Under the pieces are notes generated by a model. The model worked only from the letters and a program-made list of their open reading frames with translations. It was not told where the DNA came from and ran no database searches. A stretch of DNA of 64,000 bases from Felis catus (taxonomy: Eukaryota). The first letter of the stretch is position 1; each line of letters begins with the position of its first letter. Below, piece after piece: positions 40,005-51,163 of the stretch. The stretch lies in contig NC_058368.1 in the NCBI RefSeq assembly GCF_018350175.1, positions 123,134,001 to 123,198,000 on the forward strand. Direction: 5' to 3'. Position numbers and translations under genes: made by a program.

Positions 40005-40163
40005 GAACAACTGGTTTTATAATGTTGCTTGTTGTTGTGGGTGTCACCAGTATTTGCCAGTATATATAAAAAGTAGGCTGCATCTCCACGGGTTCAGTCT
40101 TAGAGCACCAGCTGGTGAGCAATGCACGGAGCAGACTTGTAACCAACTTACATCATCTTCAAC
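40005..40163 (+). promoter_or_regulatory. SPINK5: SPINK5 core promoter and 5' UTR
   Basis: TATATAAAAAG at 40063-40073; Inr-like TCAGTC with A at 40096, ~31 nt after TATAAA; CACCC/KLF box (tgtgggtgtc ~40036-40045); GRHL-like AACTGGTT at 40009-40016. Confidence 0.8.
40122..40142 (+). other. Upstream ORF MHGADL* in SPINK5 5' UTR
   Basis: gcaATG CAC GGA GCA GAC TTG TAA; ends 21 nt before the main ATG and lies downstream of the predicted TSS. Confidence 0.6.
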
Positions 40164-40218
40164 ATGAAGATAGCCACAGTGCCAATGCTTCTGACCCTGG
40201 CTCTTTGCCTTATACAAG
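40164..40218 (+). CDS. SPINK5: SPINK5 (LEKTI) coding exon 1, signal peptide MKIATVPMLLTLALCLIQ(D)
   Basis: ttcaacATG start; 55 nt; donor AG|gtgagc; hydrophobic leader matches LEKTI N-terminus as recalled (human MKIATVSVLLPLALCLIQD). Confidence 0.97.
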
Positions 40219-40936
40219 GTGAGCAATTTGCATGTAATCTAAGCCTCTTGCCACACATGGTAAAGCCCTAGGCAGGGACTTGTCTCCCTCCCCCTACTCC
40301 TAAAATGTGTGTTTGTATGTGTGTATGTATAATCTTGAAATATCTTGCCAGACAGAGTTTTGAAGGATTACATATGTGGCTTAATAAATAACTATGTTGT
40401 TATCTTTAGAAATGGCAAGTAGTTTGACATAATCTGAATTTTTACCAATGAGAAATCCTTCTATTAATTCTTTATTAGTTCTGAAAAGCTAATAGATTCT
40501 TCTTCATCTTCCCGTAACCAACTACATCAATTCATACTGATAGGAATTATGTATGTAGTATATATTTAAAATGTAGATGTATATTTCATATATATATATA
40601 GTACTATATATAAACAATTAAAAATCAAATTCAATCATCTATTCCTATTTTAAAGTAGCAGTGCCTTCTAGTATATTTTATTTTTGTATTACCAAATCCT
40701 AAATGGACTGAGAGCATCTCTCCTAAAGGGTAAGAGACTTTTATAAGAAGTGAAAGGTAAGTTTTTGCACTTGCTATTTGAATTCGAAGGAAACATGAAT
40801 TGCCTAGGCTCAATCTTCTCTGAAGCATTTGCATTTTTTAAAAGAAAATCTAAGAGACGAAGAGTCTGGAGATTATTATACATAAATGATGCCACTTTTC
40901 TAAAGTAAGTGTGGAGGTACAAAAGGGAGTCTGTTG

Positions 40937-41140
40937 GGGCACCTGGGTGTCTCATTTGGGTAAGCAACCTACTTTGGCTCAGGTCATGATCTTGCTGTCT
41001 GTGGATTCAAGCCTCGCACCCGGCTCTGTGCTGACAGCTCAGAGCCTGGAGCCTGCTTCAGATTCTGTGTCTCCCTCTCTCTCTGCCCCTCCCCCGCTCG
41101 CCCTCTGACTCTCTTTCAAAAAATAAACATTAAAAAAGGG
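40937..41140 (+). mobile_element. Can-SINE in SPINK5 intron 1
   Basis: TSD ggagtctgtt. Confidence 0.93.
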
Positions 41141-41680
41141 GGGCGCTGGAGTCTGTTAATAAGAGAGTATAATAGCCTGGGATTTTAATTATTCTTAATT
41201 TTTGTCAAATCTCTAATCCTTGTGGCTGTAATAAGGATGCAGAGTTGCCAGAATTCAGAAAATTTAATTTTATGTGTATATATGATATAAACTTTACGCT
41301 ACACTATACTTTTAAATTATAATTGCTGTGATATACTTGGTATTTGTTACATTATAATTTTAAGAGAGGTCTCTCATACTTTTCTGTGAAAGGATCTTTT
41401 TGAAATCAGATATTTTGAGGGGGTAAGAAAGTATATGAGTATTATTTTCCAAAGTAATTTAGACTTTTATGAGTGACTGGACCTCTGTGAGTGTACGTGC
41501 TGATTTCTTGGTGCAGTGCCTTCATTTTATTTGCCATCGTAAATTTTAATGTGTTCAAAAACAATTTGTGGTTTTATAACATATTGCCATTAAAATAAGC
41601 AAGACACTGCACTGAGTGAATTGTTTGTTTATTGAATAGTTTACATTCCCTTAACTTTGGTTTCTATATTTTTGTCCCAG

Positions 41681-41706
41681 ATGCTGCCAGTGAGGGTGAA
41701 AATCAG
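41681..41706 (+). CDS. SPINK5: SPINK5 exon 2, (D)AASEGENQ
   Basis: Acceptor tttttgtcccag, donor CAG|gttagt; 26 nt; completes the phase-1 codon from exon 1. Confidence 0.95.
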
Positions 41707-41982
41707 GTTAGTCCTGCTTTTTCTGTTCATTGAATCCATTCCAAGATCTCTAAAGAAAAATGATCTGTGGCCAACACCTTCACGTTAATACTACAGACAT
41801 ATTATACTGATAGGTACTAATAGCTTTTGTTAAAAACAGAAACAAGTCTTTATGAAGGAAGACATGAATCATACAGATGCACACACACACACACAGACAC
41901 GCATATCAATGTACAAATGATGATGGATGTCTGCAAGAGGCAATCTACCATGCTAAAGGAGTGCTTCAAAATTCCATAAACA

Positions 41983-42192
41983 GGGGCACCTGGGTGGCTC
42001 AGTTGGTAAGCTTCTGACTGCTGGTTTCGGTTCAGGTCATGATCTCACAGTTTGTGAGTTCGAGCCCCAGGTTGAGGTCTGTGTTCACAGCACAGAGCCT
42101 GCTTGCGATTGTCTCTCTGCGTGCCGACCCCCCGCACCACCCCCCCCCCGCGTCTTCTCTCTGTCTCTCTCCAAATAAATAAACTTTAAAAA
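41983..42192 (+). mobile_element. Can-SINE in intron 2
   Basis: TSD aaa(t/c)tccataaaca. Confidence 0.93.
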
Positions 42193-42349
42193 AACTCCAT
42201 AAACATACCAGTGAATTAGTATTGTTCAGTTTAACACCTGAAAAAGTAACAACATACATAGAAAGCTGAAGTGAGTGCTCTTGTGATTATTGCGTATAAA
42301 GGGGTTGTCTGTACCTAGTATATATTTGTATATGTATGTCAGTGTATGT

Positions 42350-42762
42350 ATTTCATTCAGTTAATATTTACTCAGCATCTACCATTTGTCAGACCCTGTT
42401 TGAGATGTTGGAGATATTGGAAAGTAAGGAAACAGACAGGAACCTGGCCCTTGTGGAACTTGCATCTTAGTGGAGAAAAACAGACAAGTTAATGAGTCCA
42501 TTAATAAAATGTATAGCACATTAAATAATGATTAGTGTCACAAGAAAAATGAAGTAGGATGGAAGGTAGGAATTTCTGGGGATGGAGGTAGTATCAGTTC
42601 TTCTTAGGATAGTCAAGAAGTTTTCTCTAAAAAGACAGCATTAAAACAAAGATCTGAAGTCCAAAGCCTGACTCAGGGCTCTGTCTCACCAACCGTGACG
42701 TCATGACCTGAGCCAAAATCAAGAATGAGACACTTAACTGACTAAGCCACCCAGGCACCCCC
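42350..42762 (-). mobile_element. L2 3' end fused to a truncated Can-SINE head (42660-42762)
   Basis: ttcattcagttaatatttactcagcatctac (L2 end); SINE head ends ccaggcacccc. Confidence 0.75.
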
Positions 42763-43022
42763 GGTAGAAAATTTCACCATAGTCTCTATTATTTCATCTA
42801 AGTTTGCTGTCTGAGGAGAGGCTCAGAAACCTCTATGGAATAAGTAGGGTAGTAGAGTAGAGTAGAAAAAACTTGGATTTGAAGGAGTCAGAGAGCATGC
42901 TCACTTGCATGTTTTATACTGGCAAAAAGAAGAGTATTGTATAAATATCACTGTGCATGAAGCCATAATTTGCTTTTTCAGACTCTATGATAATGGGTGG
43001 TGACTTCTGATAGATATTTCTA

Positions 43023-43243
43023 TTTTTTAAAAAATTTTTAAATGTTTTTATTTTTGAAGGAGAGAGAGAGACAGACAGAGCATGAGCAGGGGAAGGGCAG
43101 AGAGAGAGGGAGACACAGAATCTGAAGCAGGCTCCAGGCTCTGAGCTGTCAGCACAGAGCTGAATGCGAGGCTCAAACCCACTAACTGTGAGATCATGAC
43201 CTGAGCTGAAGTCGGACGCTTAACCGACTGAGCCATCCAGGCA
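43023..43243 (-). mobile_element. Can-SINE in intron 2
   Basis: Typical reverse-strand structure. Confidence 0.93.
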
Positions 43244-44085
43244 ATTTTGCAACTGGGACTTTGTACAAACTCTATTTCTTTTAAAAATAAATTTAGCCAC
43301 CCTTTATGTTGGCATAGGCAAGAAGAACACAAAGAAATAATTATGTCTCTGGAAATATTTCTGATAGCAATCTTTGTATATTTTGTCAGAAATGAGAAGT
43401 ATTGATTTAATGTTTCTTATGGTCCTGGAATTTTTATTTTCCAAATTCAGTAGCTTGAGTTCTTGACAGCTCCAGAAAAGCATGTTGAATGTTATAAACA
43501 TGACCCGGAACAGCACAGAAAATGAGTGTAGTCATCTGCAAGGATCTTTACCATACATTTAAATTTGTTATCACAGAAGGGTTATTATAGTCAAAAGCAC
43601 CTTGTTAGTGCCCTAACACAGAATGGAGGTGATGCCAGCTCCTGGTGGATTGTATTATGATGTTGGAGGAGAGACAGTAGAAGACAATGAGCTATGTCAG
43701 AGCCAGTAAAGGAAAGAGCTTGGCCCTGGAGGGCTTTAGTTTTTCTGAGACATGTGGAGAAGACATGAACAACAACAATAGCAAAACAAAACAAAATGAA
43801 AACAAGCCAAAGGCTGTTTTTTCCAGGGAAAAACCCACCTCCTGCTTTTAATTTTTATGGCCTTTTTTCTGTTTGCCAAGAGAATCCATTGGATTATTTC
43901 ACAACTCAGAAAAACAGCATTGAGTTCTATCTTAACTCACAAGGGATATGTTTCTATCACAAAAAATACCAAGCTCTTCTCTCTATGACAAAGTTGCATC
44001 TAGAATTTTGCATTTTTAGAATCAGTTATGTCTGGCAAGCTAAGCAGTAACTTTCCATGTTGGCATAAGATACTGTAGAATCAGA

Positions 44086-44221
44086 GGCTCCTGGGTGGCT
44101 TAGTTCGTTAAGCGTCAGACTCTTGGTTTCGGCTCAGGTCATGATCTCACAGTTTGTGAGGCTCACAGAGCCTGCTTGGGGTTCTGTCTCCCTCTCCCTC
44201 TACCCCTCCCCTGCTCATGCA

Positions 44222-44265
<44 letters not shown>

Positions 44266-44290
44266 ATAAATAAATAAACTTTAAAAAAAA
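44086..44290 (+). mobile_element. Can-SINE in intron 2 with long (CT)n
   Basis: TSD aagatact(g/a)tagaatcaga. Confidence 0.94.
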
Positions 44291-45596
44291 AGATACTATA
44301 GAATCAGAGACTACACAGAGCTCAAGCAGCCCAGTCATCAGTCAGTTGCCAGAAATTATTACTGTGCTACTCAGATAACATCACTGGGTGGTGATAATCA
44401 TTTTCTGAGGTATTTTAGTAGGTCACCATTAGCAAAATTTCCCAGGGCTTGTCTCTGATATTATTTATTTATTCCTCTTCTCCATTAATTATTCTGCTAG
44501 TGCTACCAACTGCCTCCCATGTTAAAGAAGCTAGGTGAAGTACATCATTATCCATTAGTATCCATTAGATGGTAAGCACAATTCAGGCAAGGATGCTCCT
44601 GCCTCATTGCTCTATCCATGCACCTAGCTATATACATGGCACTTAGCAAAGTATATTAATATTGTAATGACTTTTTGTTAACTGATTGAATGATTATTAT
44701 AAAGATATAGGAGGCTGGACAGAATTCTATGATCACTTCTTTTGAAGAGGTTGTATTTGTCAGAGTTGGACACAAAAGCATCATTTAATTTTTTTTCTTA
44801 TGTAAACATGTTGAGGCAGTATTTTTTTTGGCAAAATCAAAACAAAATAAAAACCCCACAGAACTTACATTCTAAAGGCTTGCTCTAAATACCTAGTGGA
44901 TTTTCTAAACTGATAGCAAGTATGACATATTAAATTAGTACTGTATGAGATAGTGCAAATGCACCATTGATTTTAAGTTCCTAGAAAATAGTGACATACA
45001 GAAAGCCTTCCATGAAATATATTGAATTAACCTTTTCAGTAGTCTTTTCATGTTCCTTTTGACAGCAATTATTATTGACCTACTGTGTGCTGAGTATCTT
45101 ATATGCATCATATTCCAATAATAATAATAATAGCAACAATAATAATAAAGGAGGAGGAAGAGAGGAGAGGAATGTGATTATTGATTATTTACTATGTATC
45201 AAGCACCTTTGAATGTTTCACATACTTATAATATTTAATGTTCACAAGACATGAAACGTATGAAATTATATCCTGTTTTTACAGATAGGGTAAGTTAGCC
45301 ATTGAGAACTTAATTTGAGAAGGCTATTGGGCTTGGGAATGACAGCCTTGGAATATGAGGTCAGGTCTTTCCATTTTACTCATTGTTTTAGATGAATGCT
45401 TATTAAGTGGATTTTCAATCCCCAAGGGACAATCCAGTCATTATTTGAATTCATGTTATTTGTGTCAATTGAGTGATTGGCTTCGATAGAAAGCAGGTAG
45501 TGGTCATTAAATAATATTGCTCAAGGAAGTTCTTAGAAGGTAAAGCCTTGGTTTTATGAGCTTCAGTAAACACAGTTCTTTAAATCTTTTCCTTAG

Positions 45597-45724
45597 GAAA
45601 CATGCAATGAATATCGGGCATTGATGAAAAATGGAAAATTATTTTGTTCCCAAGATAAAAAACTTTTTCAAAGCCCGGATGGAATAGCATTCATCAGCAG
45701 GTGTGCCACATGCAAAATGATACT
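45597..45724 (+). CDS. SPINK5: SPINK5 exon 3, LEKTI domain 1 ETCNEYRALMKNGKLFCSQDKKLFQSPDGIAFISRCATCKMI(L)
   Basis: Acceptor tcttttccttag, donor gtgagt; 128 nt open frame; four-Cys Kazal-like LEKTI pattern. Confidence 0.97.
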
Positions 45725-45889
45725 GTGAGTAAAAGTTCTCGTTCTTTTGAGTGTTTGAGTTACCAGCTATTCTCTGAAATAGTAAATGTATTCTTTTTAT
45801 ATCCCATCAAATGTACTTTTCTAAATCTAAATGGTTAAATAAAAATGCTTAGCAGAAGTTGGATAAGTACCTCCTACCTGGAAAGATTT

Positions 45890-46106
45890 TTTTTTAACTT
45901 TTATTGATTGATTGATTGATTGATTGAGAGAGAGAGCATGCTAGGGAACGGAAGAGGGGCAGAGAAAGAGGGAGAGAGAGTCCCAATCAGGCTCCATACG
46001 GTTAGTACAGAGCCCTGCGTGGAGCTTGATCTCAGTAACCTCGAGATCATGACCTGAGCTGAAATCAAGAGTTGGACCCTTAACTGACTTAGCTGCCCAG
46101 GTGCCT
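45890..46106 (-). mobile_element. Can-SINE in intron 3
   Basis: TSD cctggaaagatttt. Confidence 0.93.
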
Positions 46107-47610
46107 CCTGGAAAGATTTTTAAATCGCTCAAATGGTATTCTAAAACATTCCAGAGGGTAGAGGGTTAATACCTTATGTAGCACTTAATAGTCTTTTGAG
46201 GATATAGTTCCAATTTGAGTTTCCTGACTCTGGGAAAAAAGAATTCTTAGTTGTGTTAAGCCCTGACTCCGTGGTACCCTCAGGACTGAGAAAAGCCACC
46301 ACCACCACCACCCCCCTCCCCACCCCCCCCCCTCCGCCCTGGGAATGATGCCAAGCTGTCCTTTTGGCAGCCAAACAGTAGAAGGCTTTAAGCAGGACAC
46401 ATCTTGCACCCTGACCCTGTGAGCTGCCAGTGTCTGTAGACACCTAGGATTACACTAGGATGAGAAGGTCTAAAGAATTAATTTTATTTTCTACATCCTG
46501 GCAGCTCAGAAAGGGTGAGTGTCCTGAAAGTTTACCAACATCTATGTAATGCTTCTTAACTTGACTTCCTTCTCTTTGATGACACCCAAAGGTGGAAGAA
46601 GGCTTGTTATCAATAGAAAATCCTCAAATCAAAGTGTTCTATTTTGTTTTTGAATAGGGAGGTCATCTTTAATTTCTGACCACCATCAAAACTTCAACAC
46701 TGATACTAAGCCAACACTAAGCTGATCCATTTAAGATAATTATGGTATAATTAGCTTTTTAAATGCTAATTAAATCTCAGGGGATTTAATTTGACATAGT
46801 CAATAATATTGGGATAATGAAGCCATGATCACACATGCTGCTGCTAGTGAAGAAACTGTGGGAAGATGAAGGAAAAAGATCAAGATTTAGGTGGGGATGG
46901 GGGGAGACCTATGGCAAATTATTCTCTTGAAACCTGAATGTAAACTAGCAGTTGTATTAGTTACTACAAAGCTTCCTCCTTGTTACATAGGATTGTCTTG
47001 ACAGGAGACTGAAACTATGAACCTAGTACATTTACTGAAAAATAATTTAGAACAAAAGTAGAATGCCTTGAGACATACAAGGCAGTTTATCTCTTTGAAG
47101 TCATTCACTCAATTATTATTTTTATCACTTACTTAAATTATGTCGGAATAAACACGGTTTCTTAATCTGGAAAGGAAACTATGCAAGGCATAAAAGCTAT
47201 CCTCAAATTTCTGAATTTTCTCTGTGGGACCTTAGAGTGTAGAACCAGAAACAAACAGATTGTGGTTCAGTGTGAGCATGGTCTTTCAAAGAGACTATTC
47301 CAACAATGGCAGAGATGGCTTTTAGAGTTGGTGACCACCTAGATGTTGAAAGCACTGAAAGGGGTGGGGGAGTAGTCATTATGCAGTTAAAGGTAAAGAT
47401 TCTTGCCTTCTGTGGAACCATATCTGAGATATTTTTCAGTACTGAGGAGACATTTATGGTACCTTGGCTCATTTCTGCGTGTACCTCACTTCCGATATAC
47501 CTGATTGAGCTCAGGGTAAGAGTCAAAATTAAGTTTGACATGTATGCTATTATCCCCCAAATTGGGAAAACATATCTAAGCAAGCTATGTTCTTCCTTGC
47601 TCTCTTCCAG

Positions 47611-47683
47611 GGAAAAACAAGCAAAATCCCAGAAGAGGGCTAGGCATTTAACAAGAGCCTCTCAGGCTGCTGCCCCAGAAACG
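47611..47683 (+). CDS. SPINK5: SPINK5 exon 4, linker (L)EKQAKSQKRARHLTRASQAAAPET
   Basis: Acceptor ctctcttccag, donor ACG|gtgaga; 73 nt; dibasic KR processing motif; in frame with exons 3 and 5. Confidence 0.96.
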
Positions 47684-49729
47684 GTGAGATTATTTGAAGT
47701 CAACTTGTCATATTTACTTTCAAGATTATGTTTGACTATTTAAAACTATTTGTTTATTTCCTAATTACTAGGTCATACCTGTTGTGAAGCCAACTACTTA
47801 GGAAGGGAGGGAACATGGCTTAGTCCAGGGGTGGGCTAACTATCTGGTACAGCTTGTCCCTATGCCCAACCCATGACCTAACTCTCAGAAAACATTTTGG
47901 GCACTGACAGACGCTAAGAGGTGGAGTAAGTGAGTGTGATGTCTGCCTTCCATAGCCATTTCTCATTCCTCCTGTCCTGTCTCGGCTTCACCAAGAGCCT
48001 TCATGGAACTATTAGAACTAAGTTCAAATCTCAGAACTCTTATTTATTGTCTATGTCACTTGGACAATTTATGTGTCTCTGCGTCTCAGTTTTTTCGTCT
48101 GTGAAATGGAATGTGGACCAAATGAGAAACTAAGTTTAAAAAGCCAAGTACAAGGTTTAACATGTGTTAGCAGTCATCTGATTCCTTTTCTTTGTTTTTT
48201 CTTTCCTTCTTTTATTTCCTACTCATGTCCTTTCTGATACCTGTAGTTTCCCTAACTCAACTAAAGTTGCTTGTTTGTATCTATTTTGTAGATTGGAATA
48301 CAGGCTAATATTTGTTTGAGAAAATTGCTCTGTGGTTAAAAAAAAAATTTTTTTTGATAAAAAATCAAATAAAATGAAACCATACAGCTTCCAGCCACCA
48401 CACAATGATTTCACTTTTTTTTTTATGTATACACAATTTTTGTATTTCTACAAAAAAATAAGAATTCTAGACCCAGATTAAGGGAAATTTCTAGGGTACA
48501 CTGTGTCACAGTAAGTTATTGAAAAGCTGGGGTTACCACTAGGAATCCTGACAACTCATATCACTATAGATCTCCTCTGTAGCTTCTTTTCCAACATCTT
48601 CTTTCTCCTCCACTCCTGTCCCTGACACATAATTAAAATGATCAGTCAGGGGAGGCACACCCAAATTGCTGTAACATCCCTGGGCTAACCGAGCTAAAAT
48701 TTTCCCTGTCAACGTTACTCAGGTCTGTCTGAGAATCTTAGCCTCCACAGTAAATCTAGTCAACCAAATTCTTTGCTTGAACTCAACCAATCTCACTTCC
48801 AAAACAATAACACAGTCACCACTCAATTGGTCAATCCCTGAAAATCCTTTATCTGAGCAAAAGCGAGCTGCTTCTGTGCTCTGTAAAGTCTGTGGAGATC
48901 AGAAAGGTTTACTGGTAAGTTCCAATTCTGCCCTTACTGGTCACATTTAGAGAGAGGCTCCTTCAGTAAGATCTACTCTCCTCCACCTTCTCTTCCCCAT
49001 CTTTCTCCTTCATGAGAAACTAATGAGTGATGTTTTAAAATATAAAATACAAGGAAATACAAACCAAAAAATGAATTATACAAACATACCAATTTTAACA
49101 AAACTATTTCTAAATATTGCTAGTCAGATGTTTTCACATGTAGGCATATATTTGCTGAATTTTAATCAAGTAGGATTTTTAAGAAATAAAATTTTGGAAT
49201 TTGAAGACATTATACCTTTCTGTTATCATTTTATGCCTGAGTTATAATTTTTACCTCTTAAGTTCTTATGGTTACTTTTTTCCCACCGAGGAAAGTACTT
49301 GTAAATTAAGGTAGTTCATATTTGTCTCTGGGCCTTTCAGATAATTTCTGTTTAGATTTTTACTTATTTGTGTTTGAATCAGTTCATGTAATTACACTGT
49401 TTTTGTTGTTACTTTCTGTCTGCTATAAGAGAGAAAAATCTACCCACTTTTTGTGCTTAGATTCCTCCCATCAAAAATCAACCCTGACACTCACTTTCAG
49501 AATAAGGTGCTCTTCCAGTTCAAGAATTTTCCTCCTACAGAAATCCTTTCTCTCTTGCATCATCAATTTCTACTTCACTAGTATGTCATTTTTTCACTTT
49601 CCAACTCTAATATCCAGTCCATCTACAACTGTCATTGGTGTTGCCTCCAAAGTATATCCCAAGTATGACTCCTTTTGACCATTTTCATTTCTACCACCCT
49701 CATCTAATTCCTCATAATCTTTAATGTAT

Positions 49730-51160
49730 TTGGTCTGTGTAGAGACTTTATTTTTTAATTGATTGATTCATTTATTTATGATTTAGGTTGCCAACTGTGT
49801 AGGATATTAAGTTCATATGTGTGTATGTATGTGTTCCTGAGTTCCTAGATGAGTTCATTGCTTTAATAACTAATAAGGCAGGTCCCCTTTCTTAATTCAT
49901 CTTTTTCAAAGTTGACTGACCTATGTATAGACCTATATTTCCCCCCTATATTACAAATAAACAGTTTATTCAGTTTATGAAAAAATCTAACTTGAGTTTG
50001 GGAACCCAAAGTAATTAGGGATACGAAGAATTTATAAATTAATTTGAGTAAATTGACTTTTTTTAAATGTTTATTTATTTTTAAGAGAGAGACAGAGTGT
50101 GAGTGGGGGATGGGCAGAGAGAGGGAGACACAGAATCTGAAACAGGCTCCAGGCTCTGAGCTGTCAACACAGAGCCTGGGGTGGGGCTTGCACTCACAAA
50201 CCACAAGATCATGACCTGAGCAGAAGCTGGACGCTTAACCGACTGAGCCACCCAGATGCCCCTAAAATTGACTTTTTATAGTAGTAACTTGACCAACTCA
50301 AGAGCACAGAATACCTTATCATTACTTCATAATAATTTCTGTGTACTTCATGAAATCTATATTCTCCACAGAGATTTTTATGATTTTTGCTAATACCTAC
50401 AAAACTTGTAACTTTATTGCTATTTTGATTGGTATTTTATTTATGGTATTTCTTTCTGGTTATTGCTGGTATAGAAAAATTCTTTTGATTTCTACAGGTT
50501 AATCTTACACTGAATAGCTTTATGGCATCTTCTGTTAATTCTGATAGTTTATCTATTAATTTTATCATTTTTTCTTGGTAGTTCATCACATTATCTGCAT
50601 AATAAGAGATAGTAGGTGTTTCATAACTTCCTTTTGCATTTCATCACTCCTTTATTTCTTTTTCTTTTCTTGTATCATTGGCCAGGATCTAGAATTCAAA
50701 AGTTAAATAGTAGTGATAATAATGAACATCAAATTGCCCTCTCTTCATATATTAAAAGGAATATATCTAAAGTTTCTCCACTAAGTATGTTTACTGTAGG
50801 TGTTTTTTAAATAAACTATACCAGGTTTAGAAAAATTTCTTTCTGCTCTTAATATTCTAAATCTGTTTTGATCATTGTCAAATGCCTTTTCTGCAACTAT
50901 TGAAATAATTTTCTAACTTTCCTTTTTCAGTCTATTAATGTAATAAATTTCTTGATAAATTTGCTAATGTTAAACTATTCATATTTTCTTAGGGTAAATC
51001 ATACTAACCTTAATATATTTTTAATATTTTTAATACACTGTTGAATTATAGTTAGTATTTTATTTAGAAAATTTGAAACTATTTTCCTAAGTAAAATGAG
51101 TGTATACTTTTCTCTTTTTAATTATTCTTATCTGGTTTTGAAATCAATATCAAATTACCC
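49730..51160 (-). mobile_element. Ancient L1M (-) fragment with SINE at 50060-50262(-)
   Basis: ttattgctggtatagaaa; tctaaagtttctccactaagtatg; tcaaatgccttttctgca; SINE TSD aaattgacttttt. Confidence 0.75.
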
Positions 51161-51163
51161 TGA

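Noticed and set aside
47306..47743. 145-aa ORF on the + strand
   Set aside because: Chance open intronic frame running through SPINK5 exon 4; only 47611-47683 has splice signals and LEKTI similarity.
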